From a virus, in IMG/VR virus record IMGVR_UViG_3300018018_000001, positions 1-64,000 of that record: DNA of 64,000 nt. The stretch is one strand, 5' to 3'. The first letter of the stretch is position 1; each line of letters begins with the position of its first letter. Made by a program: the position numbers and the translations under genes. The notes below the pieces were generated by a model, which did no database searches, was not told the origin of the DNA, and saw only the letters and a list, made by a program, of their open reading frames with translations. Positions 31,086 through 41,276 of this stretch are shown here, piece after piece.

Positions 31086-33841
31086 TAACTACTTTCTTAC
31101 TTAATCAAAATTTTTCATTTTCTACTCTATTTAGTGGGGTAGCTTCTGGTGCTACTCTATTGACAGTTGCTTCAGGACAGGGATCTAGATTTCCTGCTAC
31201 TGGTAATTTTATGTGTGTATTATGGAATCAATCTCTGAGTACACCCAGTCAGGATTCTTCTAGGGAAATTATAGAAGTAACTTCCAGATCTGTGGATACT
31301 TTTACTATTGTTAGAGCACAAGAAAGCACTATAGACAAAGCTTGGAATTCTGGTGACAATATAGCTTTGGTTCTGACGGCGGGTAAAGTAACTGAGTTAG
31401 AAACGGCAATCAATCTTAGGTATGGGTCTGGGGATTCTCCTTCTTTTGCAGCTATAACCGTTTCTACCTTAACTGCCTCTGTCCCTGTTGTTTCCGATGG
31501 ATCAAAAAATTTAGTTTCTGTTACTTATGCTACTTTCAAATCTAATCTATCCCTTTCCAAAGCAGATATTTCTGGTTTGGGAACAGGTGATTCTCCTACC
31601 TTTACTGGCCTGAATCTTTCCGGTTTGACCGCTTCAAAAGTGGTGGTAACTGATGGTTCTAAGAACCTTGCTTCTGGAACCAATACAGATGCCCAAATTT
31701 CTGCTGCGGTAACTGCCTCTCATGCTGCTGTTACTTTAACTACAGATTTGAGCACTAACCTTTTGTCATTATTAACGCAGCAATTAGATATTAATCATCA
31801 AGTACCAAATGTTATATTTTCTGGACCTACAACATTGGTAGATTATGTTCCTCATAATATGACTACCAATGATCTTCCAGTTCCCTATGCGGCAAGTGGA
31901 TCAACCAAATATAATTCGGGAACAGACTATTACATGGCTTTTGATGGTGTAACGGGAACAACCAATTATTGGTTGGCAAATGCTGCTACTGGATATGTTA
32001 ATATTGATATGGGTCTAGGAAATTTATATGTTATTACTAGTTATGCAGTACAGATAAATAGTATTGACTCAACAACACGTGCTCCTAAAGATTGGCAGTT
32101 ACGGGGAAAGGTTAATGTTGGTGATTCTTGGACCACTTTTGACTCGCAAACAGGTATAACGGCTTGGTCTGCTGGGCAGAAGAAAACTTATAGTTGTCCT
32201 TCTAATGTAACAGCATATAGATATTTCCAATTTAATATTACATTAAATAATGGGGATGCAGGTTATACTGGAATAAGTGAGTTATATCTTTATACAGGAG
32301 CAGTCGCTCCAACATTTCGTTCATTAGTAAATGCAGATTTTCCTGCTACTCTTTCACTTTCTATAGCAGGATTAAATCTATCAGGTCTTACAGCTTCTGA
32401 GCCAGTAGTAACTGATGCATCTAAGAATTTAGCAAGTGTTTCTTATGCCACATTCAAGTCAAGTTTGTCTCTTGCTCAAGCTGATATATCAGGATTGACA
32501 ACAGGTTCAAGTCCAGCCTTTTTAGGACTGACAATTGATACCAATACCCTTTATGTGGACTCTACTCATCATAGGGTAGGAATATTGACTACTTCTCCTA
32601 CTTGTGATATAAGTTTAGGTAATGGTGCTGCAAGGGAAATTTGGATAGAAAATACTGCTACTGATGTGGTAGGTAGGAATTTAATCATTGCTGCTGGTGG
32701 CACTGTTGCAGGGACCTCTGTTAATAACGTAGTAGGGGGTAATTTAACTCTCCAGGCTGGATTAGGAACTGGATCAGCAGTAGAGTATATTTATTTCCAA
32801 ATAGGAACTACTCTTGGGAGTGGAAAAACTTTACAGACAATGACTACCCAGATGTCAATATCTGGTAGTGGTCTTGTTAACATTCCTGGATTAACTGCCT
32901 CTCTTCCTGTTGTTACTGATGGATCACAAAATCTTGTCAGTGTATCCTATGCTACTTTTAAATCCAGTTTGGCTATAGCCCAGGCTGATGTAACTGGATT
33001 GCATACAGCAGATAGTCCAACTTTTGTTGGAGAAACTCTTTCTGGACTTACTGGTACAGGGATACGATATGTTACGACAAGTGCAACAGGGGTTCTTGGA
33101 GTAAGTGGGGGGATTCCATACTATCTTTCCTCTTTCACTAATGCAAATTTGACAGCAGGGATATTGACAGTTACACATAATCTTGGTGTTCAATATGGTT
33201 CTGTTACTATTGTTGATAATACTGGTAAAGAAATTTTACCTGATGATGTTACTTTTACATCAACAACCGCCTTGGCAGTGGATTTGACTTCATATGGAAC
33301 ATTAACTGGAACATGGCAAGTTAGTTTCCTCTCTGCTGGTGGGACAATTCAAACATTACCACAAGCATTGGGAGTGGGTGATAGTCCAACATTTAATCAT
33401 CCAATTCTTACTGATCTTACTATTGGTTCCCTGGGTGGCTTTCTTTTTGGAACGGCTGGAGTAGTATCGGCTCTAACCGTTGCTCAGAGAATGGCAATCG
33501 GCCAAATCACTAAAGATATGAGTTCAGCAGGCACTTCAGTAGTTTCCGGATTGTCTTTTTCTCCTTCAATGGTAATCTTTGTGGCCTCTGGTTCTGATCC
33601 AGATGAATTTTCTGTTGGCTTTGATGATGGAACAACTCACGTTGTTATTGAAGCCCTTGGAACTTTTATAGCAGATAGTTTTGATTCTGCAAGTTCATTT
33701 TCAATTTATTTGCTGAAAGCGGCAGAAACCACATATCAAGGTCTCATTAGCTCATTAACGGCAGACGGATTCGTAATAACGTGGACCAGAACAGGGACCC
33801 CTACCGGAAGTACCAAAATAAATTATCTGGCGTTTAGATAA
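31082..33841 (+). CDS. Tail fibre protein (919 aa) with a discoidin/F5-8-like domain
   Basis: N-terminal anchor EIIEVTSRSVDTFTIVRAQE, three LTASxPVVTDxSKNLxSVxYATFKS repeats, central AFDG...APKDWQLRG...YRYFQFNIT discoidin motif. Confidence 0.82.
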   Translation: MITTFLLNQNFSFSTLFSGVASGATLLTVASGQGSRFPATGNFMCVLWNQSLSTPSQDSSREIIEVTSRSVDTFTIVRAQESTIDKAWNSGDNIALVLTAGKVTELETAINLRYGSGDSPSFAAITVSTLTASVPVVSDGSKNLVSVTYATFKSNLSLSKADISGLGTGDSPTFTGLNLSGLTASKVVVTDGSKNLASGTNTDAQISAAVTASHAAVTLTTDLSTNLLSLLTQQLDINHQVPNVIFSGPTTLVDYVPHNMTTNDLPVPYAASGSTKYNSGTDYYMAFDGVTGTTNYWLANAATGYVNIDMGLGNLYVITSYAVQINSIDSTTRAPKDWQLRGKVNVGDSWTTFDSQTGITAWSAGQKKTYSCPSNVTAYRYFQFNITLNNGDAGYTGISELYLYTGAVAPTFRSLVNADFPATLSLSIAGLNLSGLTASEPVVTDASKNLASVSYATFKSSLSLAQADISGLTTGSSPAFLGLTIDTNTLYVDSTHHRVGILTTSPTCDISLGNGAAREIWIENTATDVVGRNLIIAAGGTVAGTSVNNVVGGNLTLQAGLGTGSAVEYIYFQIGTTLGSGKTLQTMTTQMSISGSGLVNIPGLTASLPVVTDGSQNLVSVSYATFKSSLAIAQADVTGLHTADSPTFVGETLSGLTGTGIRYVTTSATGVLGVSGGIPYYLSSFTNANLTAGILTVTHNLGVQYGSVTIVDNTGKEILPDDVTFTSTTALAVDLTSYGTLTGTWQVSFLSAGGTIQTLPQALGVGDSPTFNHPILTDLTIGSLGGFLFGTAGVVSALTVAQRMAIGQITKDMSSAGTSVVSGLSFSPSMVIFVASGSDPDEFSVGFDDGTTHVVIEALGTFIADSFDSASSFSIYLLKAAETTYQGLISSLTADGFVITWTRTGTPTGSTKINYLAFR

Positions 33842-33859
33842 AACGGATTGGAGAAACTT

Positions 33860-34281
33860 ATGAGAACAGGAGAATTAAGTTCACAAGGTCCATTTAGACA
33901 CACAAATGCCATTATAAATGGAGCCTTAGATATTTGGCAAAGAGGAACTTCGTTTGCGGCTATTGCTACTGATATAAATGGAGCCTTAGATATTTGGCAA
34001 AGAGGAACTTCGTTTGCGGATATCGCTACTGATATATATTCTGCTTGGATGCGGGAGGACGCACTGTTACCATTTATGGTGCCAATCTTGGTGTGACGAT
34101 TTATGGAGGCATAGGATTCATGACATACAATGATACTGGCACTTCTGTATGGTGTATTGTAACTCCTGTAAATCCCAATATACAGGCTGTTTTTTATGTG
34201 GTTGGTGGAAATTATACAGACATAACCGCACTCATTACCACAGGACATGAAATAGTTTTAATACTATTTTATGAAACATAA
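33860..34281 (+). pseudogene. Degenerate tail-fibre/CBM-like gene in two frames (33860-34096 and 34045-34281)
   Basis: NAIINGALDIWQRGTSF is duplicated in tandem, then the reading switches frame to a fibre-tip-like C-terminal segment. Confidence 0.55.
33914..34033 (+). repeat. 60-bp tandem duplication, 58/60 identical
   Basis: ataaatggagccttagatatttggcaaagaggaacttcgtttgcgg(c/a)tat(t/c)gctactgat twice. Confidence 0.95.
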
Positions 34282-34379
34282 TAACAAACCGGTGAACATC
34301 CGGAAGGATTTATCAAGGAGTAAAAGATGCAATATAAAACAGGCTCAGTAAAAGAAACAATAATGGACCTTCGAAACTT

Positions 34380-34967
34380 ATGAAAACAGGCACACTTCTT
34401 CCACAAAATTTGACGGCTTCGCAGGCAATCTTAACGAATGCCAGTAAACAAGAGATATCTGCTGATTATTTAGATCAGGCAGTAAAGCAAGCCTCTTCTC
34501 CGACGTATGCTGGCCTCACACTAACAGGATTTTCTGGAATTATACTTGCTTCTGCCGGTGTTCTATCTACCATTGCTTACACAGACTGGACAACTCCATC
34601 ATACAATGCAGCAAACTTTACTGGCAATGGTTCTATGACCTGGGGGGTTGACTCTGGTGATGTGGAGACATATTCGTATTGTATTATTGGCAAGACAATG
34701 CAAGTTAGATTTTTTTTAAACACCACTACTGTAGGAGGAAGTCTGAACACAGCGTTACAAATTGCTATTCCAGCATCAAAAACGTGTTCAGGAGATGCAC
34801 CCTTTATGTATGGAAAGTATCAAGGAACTTGGAGTATGGCGTGCGGTTTGGTGACCAACGGCGCAACGGTCATATCCTTATTCACAGATTTGACACAAAG
34901 CGGAAATTGGTCGGCAAGTACAAATACAACATATGTAAAGGGGCAGGTTTTTTTCCCAATAAGTTAA
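34380..34967 (+). CDS. Short tail-fibre tip-like protein
   Basis: LTASQAILTNASK and SSPTYAGLTLTG motifs are shared with the 31082 repeats; C-terminal YCIIGKTMQVRF...IAIP beta domain. Confidence 0.65.
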   Translation: MKTGTLLPQNLTASQAILTNASKQEISADYLDQAVKQASSPTYAGLTLTGFSGIILASAGVLSTIAYTDWTTPSYNAANFTGNGSMTWGVDSGDVETYSYCIIGKTMQVRFFLNTTTVGGSLNTALQIAIPASKTCSGDAPFMYGKYQGTWSMACGLVTNGATVISLFTDLTQSGNWSASTNTTYVKGQVFFPIS

Positions 34968-35052
34968 AACGAACTGGCGAAACTTCGAATTAAATAAAAG
35001 GAGATTTTAAAATATAAATTGGCTTAGGCCAAAATAAAAAGGAGGGTGTAAT

Positions 35053-35529
35053 ATGAGTAAAACTACGTTAACAGCGGGAGAAGTGGAGCAGGTAGGTATT
35101 GCCTTAGGTGGTATTATGGGCAAGGATCTTCCCTTTAAGATTTCCTATGCCTTAGCCAAGTTGACTAAGGAAATAGAAAGGGAATTGAAAATCTTGACTG
35201 AAATTCGGCAGAAACTGGTTAAGACCCATGCTCTTCATAATGATGGTAAGGAACCTATTGTTGTTGAAGATCCTGTTACCAAAGTAAAAAATACCATTAT
35301 GCCTGGACAACCCATTACAGCTATTGACCATTTAACCAAACAGCAAATCTATACTTACAAAGATGAGGGAACCAAATCCTCTTACCTGAAAGAATTGGGT
35401 GAGTTGCTTAAGATGAATGTGGAAATTGAACACTTGACTATTGCTCAGGACTTGCTGGAAAGGGTTAGTTTTACTCCAATGCAACTCAAGACTCTGCTCT
35501 TTATGGTTGACCTTGAGGATAAAAAATGA
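35053..35529 (+). CDS. DUF1617-like protein (fibre-associated)
   Basis: LPFKISYALAKLTKEIERELK motif, recalled from fibre-adjacent phage proteins. Confidence 0.45.
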   Translation: MSKTTLTAGEVEQVGIALGGIMGKDLPFKISYALAKLTKEIERELKILTEIRQKLVKTHALHNDGKEPIVVEDPVTKVKNTIMPGQPITAIDHLTKQQIYTYKDEGTKSSYLKELGELLKMNVEIEHLTIAQDLLERVSFTPMQLKTLLFMVDLEDKK

Positions 35530-36032
35530 AGGAATGTTCAAAATGTAAAAAAGAAAAAGATTTAACAGAGTTTTACAAAGATAAAAGAAGTAAAGATGGC
35601 TGCAGATCTTGGTGTAAAATCTGTGAAAAGAAAGGAACTAAGAAGTGGATTGAACAAAATCCAGAAAAGCATAAAAAATCTGCTAGTAAAAGTAATAAGA
35701 AACATTATCAAAATAATAAAGATAAGTTTAAGGAATACAATAAAAAATATTATCAAGAGAATCCAGAAATTTATAGAAATATAAATTTTAAGTTACGTTA
35801 TGGAATTACTCTTGACGATTATAATAAAATTCTTGAAAAGCAACATGGTGTCTGTATTATCTGTGGTAATGCTCCTGATAATGATAAATTTTTAAGTATA
35901 GATCATGATCATGTTACAGGAAAAATTCGTGGTTTACTTTGTGATAGGCACAATAAGATGTTAGGATTTGCTCAAGATAATATAGAAATATTACAAAGAG
36001 CAATTGATTATTTAAGGATAAAAGGAGGATAA
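35526..36032 (+). CDS. Endonuclease VII-like homing endonuclease
   Basis: RYGITLDDY...CIICG...IDHDHVTGKIRGLLCDRHNKMLG; N-terminal CSKCKxEKDLTEFYK. Confidence 0.88.
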   Translation: MKECSKCKKEKDLTEFYKDKRSKDGCRSWCKICEKKGTKKWIEQNPEKHKKSASKSNKKHYQNNKDKFKEYNKKYYQENPEIYRNINFKLRYGITLDDYNKILEKQHGVCIICGNAPDNDKFLSIDHDHVTGKIRGLLCDRHNKMLGFAQDNIEILQRAIDYLRIKGG

Positions 36033-36033
36033 A

Positions 36034-37332
36034 ATTTATTCTTCAATCTACGCAGATCAAATTGAAGGAAATTTTCAAGGTCAAGTCCAGGTAATTGAGG
36101 ATATAACTACTCCCTTTGATTTTAGAGTGTCCATTATGGATGATCGGCAAATTCCTGTTGAGTTTGAGAAGGCTATTTTACAGAATAAAATTATCCCTAT
36201 CGAATTTGAAAAAGGAGTGGCAGAGGATGTTTCCATTCCTGTTGAATTTGAGAAAGGAATCACAGAAAGTAGATCTATTCCGGTGGAATTTGGTTTACTC
36301 CTGAATCAATCTGTACCTATTCCTATAGAGTTTGGGTTATTTATTTTCCAGGATGCTAGTATCCCTATTGAATTTGAGAAGGGGATAGCAGAAGACATAT
36401 CTATTCCTTTTGACTTCGGGAAAAGGTTATTTCAGGATCTTATTTTTCCAATTGAAATTAGTAAGGGAATAGCAGAGGATAAAAGTATTCCTCTTGACTA
36501 TGTTATTTCTATTGCTGAGGATAGAGCTATTCCTTTTGACTTTGGGAAAGATCTGTTTCAGGATATCTCTATTCCCTTTGAGTTTGGAGTGAATATTCAG
36601 GAAGGATTAATTATTCCTTTTGATTTTGGTAAGTCTCTATCTCAAAATATTGATATACCTGTAGAGTGGAAGATAGGAATTCAACAAGTATTACAAGACT
36701 TTATTATTCCACTTGATTTTATAATTCCTATTCTTAAAGACATAATTATTCCAATAGATTTCAGTATTTATGTTAAAGAAGATATAATTATTCCAATAGA
36801 TTTCAGTATTTATGTTAAAGAAGATATAATTATTCCTATTGATTTTAGTGTAACAGTTAGAAAAGATAGGTCTATTCCAGTAGAATATTTATTGGGATTA
36901 AATCAGAATTATTCTATAACCTTAGAATTTTTAAAGGGAATTAGGAAAGATCAAGTAATTGGTATTGAGTATTTAAAAGGAATATTTAAGGACATAATTA
37001 TTCCTGTTTCATGGTCACTTTCTACTGTTTCTGAATTGTTTTTAGCTCCTGTAGATATATTAAAATCTGTTAATTTTTCTGCCTATTTACCTATTGACTT
37101 TGAACAGAAAATACGGTATGATTACAATATACCAATAGAGTTACCTGGAAAGAGTCCCACTAGCCTTGAGATTGTTTTTGGGGCTTTGTCTTTCCCAACA
37201 TTTATTTTTTCAGAAAAAGTACCTGTTGTTGATTTTTCTACTAAATCTTCACAGATTGTTTTCAGGGAAGGGGAAATTCCAAATATTGAATTTCATACAA
37301 TAAAAATTCCTAAAGAAGATTTTGAAAGTTAA
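36034..37332 (+). CDS. 14-residue repeat protein, probably a beta-structured virion fibre; possible ATT start at 36034
   Basis: About 20 repeats of D-x-x-I-P-(I/F/V)-(E/D)-F at a 14-aa period. The repeat register continues upstream of GTG 36127. A near-exact 42-bp DNA tandem repeat lies at 36742-36836. Confidence 0.7.
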   Translation: MYSSIYADQIEGNFQGQVQVIEDITTPFDFRVSIMDDRQIPVEFEKAILQNKIIPIEFEKGVAEDVSIPVEFEKGITESRSIPVEFGLLLNQSVPIPIEFGLFIFQDASIPIEFEKGIAEDISIPFDFGKRLFQDLIFPIEISKGIAEDKSIPLDYVISIAEDRAIPFDFGKDLFQDISIPFEFGVNIQEGLIIPFDFGKSLSQNIDIPVEWKIGIQQVLQDFIIPLDFIIPILKDIIIPIDFSIYVKEDIIIPIDFSIYVKEDIIIPIDFSVTVRKDRSIPVEYLLGLNQNYSITLEFLKGIRKDQVIGIEYLKGIFKDIIIPVSWSLSTVSELFLAPVDILKSVNFSAYLPIDFEQKIRYDYNIPIELPGKSPTSLEIVFGALSFPTFIFSEKVPVVDFSTKSSQIVFREGEIPNIEFHTIKIPKEDFES

Positions 37333-37346
37333 TTAGGAGGATTAAA

Positions 37347-38099
37347 ATGTCAGTTGCACCTACAGACCTTAAAGATTATGGTTCTGCAAATATGCAGGAA
37401 ACTGATTCTGGATCTCCCCAAGGTGGGGCTATTGATCTGACAACTAAGATTGATTTTACTGATATCTCTGCTCCTGATGGTATTACAGTAGTTTCATCTG
37501 ATCCTGGAGATACAATGGGTTTCTATTACTGGGGAAGAGATGTATCGGGTGTCATAATTACTGGTAGTACAACTTTAATGGGTATTACTCCAATACCTTT
37601 AATTGTTACACTTGAGCGGATATTGAAGGTACAACTTCTTTCACCTGCAGCAGGAACAATTACAATCACGAAAACTACAGGAGGGGCAATCCTTATAACT
37701 ATGGAGCCAGGAATCATTACAGTTAGGAGACCTTTCTACAATGCCGCAGCCCCTTCTGTAGGAAGCAAGACTTATTATGAAAAATTCTTTATCAAGAATA
37801 CTCATGGGAGTTTGGCTTTAACTTTGGCTACGGTTGCTCAATTAACTAACCGAATTGGAGTAGATCCTAATGGTAGAATAGCTTTTGGATTAGAAAGTTC
37901 CCTAGATGGTAGTGATTCTGTAACTAATAGATTGACCGCTCCTTCTGAGACTATTAATGTTACCACTAAAAATGTGGCTAACTCCCAAAATCTTAGTCCT
38001 GGGGCTGCTCAGGGAATATGGATGTCTCTTGCATTATCCTCTGCTGATGTGGCTACAAAAACAAGCGTGACCTTCGAATTAGCCGGTCAGAGCACATAA
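37347..38099 (+). CDS. Putative virion structural protein
   Basis: Thr/Ser/Gly-rich and beta-rich; MSVAPTDLKDYGS..GGAID N-terminus; structural gene context. Confidence 0.55.
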   Translation: MSVAPTDLKDYGSANMQETDSGSPQGGAIDLTTKIDFTDISAPDGITVVSSDPGDTMGFYYWGRDVSGVIITGSTTLMGITPIPLIVTLERILKVQLLSPAAGTITITKTTGGAILITMEPGIITVRRPFYNAAAPSVGSKTYYEKFFIKNTHGSLALTLATVAQLTNRIGVDPNGRIAFGLESSLDGSDSVTNRLTAPSETINVTTKNVANSQNLSPGAAQGIWMSLALSSADVATKTSVTFELAGQST

Positions 38100-38122
38100 A
38101 CTATTTATATTAAAGGAGAAAT

Positions 38123-38905
38123 ATGGGTAAATCAATTATTGATTTAATGGGGAAGAGATTTGGATATTTAACAGTAATTAAAAGAGTTGGAACTAAATTT
38201 GGTTATGCATTATGGCTATGTAAATGTGATTGTGGTAATGAAAAAGAAATTAGTGGGAATAATTTAAGAAAAGGAAATACCAAAAGCTGTGGATGCTATC
38301 GTAAGGAAACAGTGGCTATAAGAAGTAAAGGCAAATCTCCTAAAAATATTAAAGATTTAACTGGAAAAAGATTTGGGAGATTAGTAGTTATTGAGAGAAA
38401 AGGAAGTAATAAAAATAGTCATTCATTATGGCTTTGTAAGTGTGATTGTGGAAAAGAAGTTATAATTATTGGAATTTGTTTAACTTCTGAAAATACAAAG
38501 AGTTGTGGTTGCTTCAATCATGATAATCATACTCTTCCTTTTGGGGAAGCCGCTAAAAGGACTATTTATAGATCCTATATAAAACATGCAGAAGAAAGAA
38601 ATCTTTCATTTGAATTATCTTTTGAACAATTTTTAGAATTATCTCAAAAGAATTGTTATTATTGTGGATTAGAGCCATCTAATATAAATAAGTCTAATTT
38701 TAATAATGGAGATTTTATTTATAATGGAATTGACAGAGTAGATAATACTAAAGGATATACTATAGAAAATTGTGTTTCTTCTTGTAGACCCTGCAATATA
38801 GCTAAAGCTGATATGGCCCATGATGAATTTTTATCTTTAGCTGAGAGAATTCATCAAAATCATTTTGAGGAATCCATATCGGTAAATTCTTTTGATTATT
38901 ACTAG
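38123..38905 (+). CDS. HNH homing endonuclease, family C
   Basis: Two DLxGKRFGxLxV..WLCKCDCG modules and CYYCG...NGIDRVDNTKGYTIENCVSSCRPCN. Confidence 0.85.
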   Translation: MGKSIIDLMGKRFGYLTVIKRVGTKFGYALWLCKCDCGNEKEISGNNLRKGNTKSCGCYRKETVAIRSKGKSPKNIKDLTGKRFGRLVVIERKGSNKNSHSLWLCKCDCGKEVIIIGICLTSENTKSCGCFNHDNHTLPFGEAAKRTIYRSYIKHAEERNLSFELSFEQFLELSQKNCYYCGLEPSNINKSNFNNGDFIYNGIDRVDNTKGYTIENCVSSCRPCNIAKADMAHDEFLSLAERIHQNHFEESISVNSFDYY

Positions 38906-38914
38906 GAGATTAAA

Positions 38915-39241
38915 TTGGAAGTAAATGAAAAGACATTCTGTTATATTCCTATCACATTTTTGGATGAAAATAAGAGTCCAGTTACCCCAACAAATGTAAC
39001 TACTCGTATTGATGATGTAGCTTCAGGAACAAATATACGTCCTGTAACTTCCTTAGTGGTTACTTCTCCTAATGTTAGTGTTTTGGTAACGTCAAATGAA
39101 AATAGGATAGTCAATGATACTGATGAGGATCAGGTTGGGGAAATTCATTTATTGACTATTGAATGCGATATTCCTCATGGTCATGTAACTGGACAGCATG
39201 AAATTTATGTAAAAAATCTTCCTAAAGTTACTTCTCCATAA
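38915..39241 (+). CDS. Hypothetical structural protein
   Basis: Beta-rich 108 aa in the structural cluster. Confidence 0.45.
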   Translation: MEVNEKTFCYIPITFLDENKSPVTPTNVTTRIDDVASGTNIRPVTSLVVTSPNVSVLVTSNENRIVNDTDEDQVGEIHLLTIECDIPHGHVTGQHEIYVKNLPKVTSP

Positions 39242-39251
39242 GGAGGATGAT

Positions 39252-39605
39252 ATGTTTAAGTTTGAAAATTTAGCTCAAAAGCTTGCAGTTATTGGGGGAA
39301 TTATAGCTCTACTGACTTCTATTAGCGGGATTCTACTTTGGGTGGATCACCGTTATACTCTTGTCAAAGACCATAATGCTTTGGCAGGGGAGGTTTCAGA
39401 AGTTAAGAAAACTCAGCAATATATGGGATTTTCTTTTCAACAAAGATCGGTTGAGGATAGGATGAATAAATTAGAAGATCGCTATGAGGGAAAACAAATG
39501 CCTAAATCAGTTAAGGAAGAACATAGTAATCTTACCAAACAAAATGATGAATTGAAATCAATTCTCAATGATCTTAACAAGAAAAGTATTGAATCAGTGA
39601 GATAA
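39252..39605 (+). CDS. Single-TM plus coiled-coil protein (possible holin/lysis accessory)
   Basis: TM LAVIGGIIALLTSISGILLWV followed by DHRY and a coiled coil. Confidence 0.45.
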   Translation: MFKFENLAQKLAVIGGIIALLTSISGILLWVDHRYTLVKDHNALAGEVSEVKKTQQYMGFSFQQRSVEDRMNKLEDRYEGKQMPKSVKEEHSNLTKQNDELKSILNDLNKKSIESVR

Positions 39606-40300
39606 TGAATAAAGCCGATTTGTTGAAACATACTTTGGAGGAACTTGCCAAAACCCTTGGAGAATCCACTGGGAAGATGAATGATCTTGTGCGTGAAAAG
39701 ATGGGTGAAGAGTTACCCCATAGAAGCAAGATGGAACAGATTAAGATTAAGAATAAACTTAATCTGATTGAACAGAAAAGGAATGAATCCATGTTTGCTT
39801 TTGTTGGGGCTTCTACTAGAGCAAAAGAGATAATTAAATTCTTGAGTGAAGAAGATAATAAAAAGAAAGAGCAGTGGAGTTCTATTTCGGTGATGGGTGG
39901 AAATACAGAGGATAAACCCATGGAGCCATTAAAAGTAGAGCAGGATAAAGCTGTATCTGGTAAACCACGGGATGGGAAAGAATTAGATTCCTGGATCAAG
40001 CAAGGAAAGGCCCCAAATGATACAGGACCAGTTTACTCACAAAAGAGTTTTGAAGATGAGAAAATAACCAAGGATGGTAATTTAATCCATATAGATACTG
40101 ATAAGCCTGTACCCCAGCTTTACGTGGGCTCTGTTCAACACTTAAATGGAGCCCCTGATGAGTGGATAGGTAAGCCAATAAAGTTCCTTGGAAGGCGAAT
40201 TTGGGCCTTTGCCGGCCGTGGATATGGCCATGAGGTAGAAGTTGGGGGGGAATATGGTATCCTTAGCCTAAATGGGGTGACAGACAAGCCTACTAAATAA
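39605..40300 (+). CDS. Leader-bearing protein with a second internal leader
   Basis: MNKADLLKHTLEE and internal STRAKEIIKFLSEE. Confidence 0.7.
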   Translation: MNKADLLKHTLEELAKTLGESTGKMNDLVREKMGEELPHRSKMEQIKIKNKLNLIEQKRNESMFAFVGASTRAKEIIKFLSEEDNKKKEQWSSISVMGGNTEDKPMEPLKVEQDKAVSGKPRDGKELDSWIKQGKAPNDTGPVYSQKSFEDEKITKDGNLIHIDTDKPVPQLYVGSVQHLNGAPDEWIGKPIKFLGRRIWAFAGRGYGHEVEVGGEYGILSLNGVTDKPTK

Positions 40301-40309
40301 AGGGGAGTA

Positions 40310-40906
40310 ATGGGGAATAAAAGACCAGATGTTGCTGAACGAAATAAATTAAAAAGAAAATTAAAACCGGAACCTAAGTTATGCGAATGTAATTGTGGCC
40401 AGTATTCTAAACCAGGAAATAGATTTATACATAGTCATCATATGAGAGGAAGAAAAAGACTTGATACTGTTGAAAGAAATAGAAAAAATTCAGGAGAAAA
40501 GTCTTCTTGGTTTGGTACAAAAGGTCCAATGTTTGGTAGAACGGGTGAGAAAAGTCCTAATTTTGGTAGAAAAAGACTTGATCTTGCTGAAAGAAATAAA
40601 CAGAATTCAGGGGAGAAATCTCCTAATTGGAAAGGTGGAATTTCCACATATCCTTATGGACCTGGATTTAATGATGAGTTAAAAAAACATATTAGAGAAA
40701 AATTTAATCATACTTGCGTTCTTTGTAAAAAACAAGCTAATATTCCTCATCATATAGACTATGATAAAAACAATAATCAAGAAGATAATTTTGCTCTTTT
40801 GTGTGTATCATGTAATTTTAAAGTAAATAAAAATAGAGTTCAATGGGAAATTTATTTTAGAATGTATTTAATGTTAATGAAATTGGAGGAAAATAATCAT
40901 GGCTAA
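40310..40906 (+). CDS. HNH homing endonuclease, family A
   Basis: CECNCG, GEKSPNFG repeats, KFNHTCVLC...PHHIDYDKNNN...CNFKVNKNRVQWE. Confidence 0.8.
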   Translation: MGNKRPDVAERNKLKRKLKPEPKLCECNCGQYSKPGNRFIHSHHMRGRKRLDTVERNRKNSGEKSSWFGTKGPMFGRTGEKSPNFGRKRLDLAERNKQNSGEKSPNWKGGISTYPYGPGFNDELKKHIREKFNHTCVLCKKQANIPHHIDYDKNNNQEDNFALLCVSCNFKVNKNRVQWEIYFRMYLMLMKLEENNHG

Positions 40907-41276
40907 AGCTAAGGAAGTGTTGAATATTCTTGAACAAGAGGCCCCTGCGGGTCCAGGTGCTGTGGCTGGTGGACAGATTGATGGTCCAAAACCTGCTGGA
41001 TTTACTTCTCAGACCATTACCCAAATACAGGAAATTCTTAGTAAATTCGGAGTTAAGAGTACCCGATCATTCACAGGTTGGCAGTTGGATGGTGGCCTTG
41101 CCGATGCTTCCAGGGGTTTTGTTTCCTTGGGTGTACGTGAGGATGGTTTCTGCGTGATTGCCAAGTCAGGAAAATTCACAAGCCAGGAAGCTGAAGAGAA
41201 TGCCAAGAAATTAGGTGACATAATTACCTGTTTAGGGGAGCTATCTTCTGTTCATGCTTCAGTAGTGGCCAAGTAA
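40899..41276 (+). CDS. Leader-bearing hypothetical protein
   Basis: MAKAKEVLNILEQ. Confidence 0.72.
   Translation: MAKAKEVLNILEQEAPAGPGAVAGGQIDGPKPAGFTSQTITQIQEILSKFGVKSTRSFTGWQLDGGLADASRGFVSLGVREDGFCVIAKSGKFTSQEAEENAKKLGDIITCLGELSSVHASVVAK

Noticed and set aside
33914-34033. Diversity-generating retroelement TR/VR pair
   Set aside because: The copies are tandem, the two differences are not both at adenines on either strand, and no reverse transcriptase is present in the window.
33853-34390. Invertible shufflon of fibre tips
   Set aside because: The repeats are direct, all cassettes are on the same strand, and no invertase or recombinase is visible.
36742-36836. CRISPR-like array (also considered for 20150-20540 and 11513-11567)
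   Set aside because: These are in-frame coding repeats without unique spacers, and no cas genes are present.
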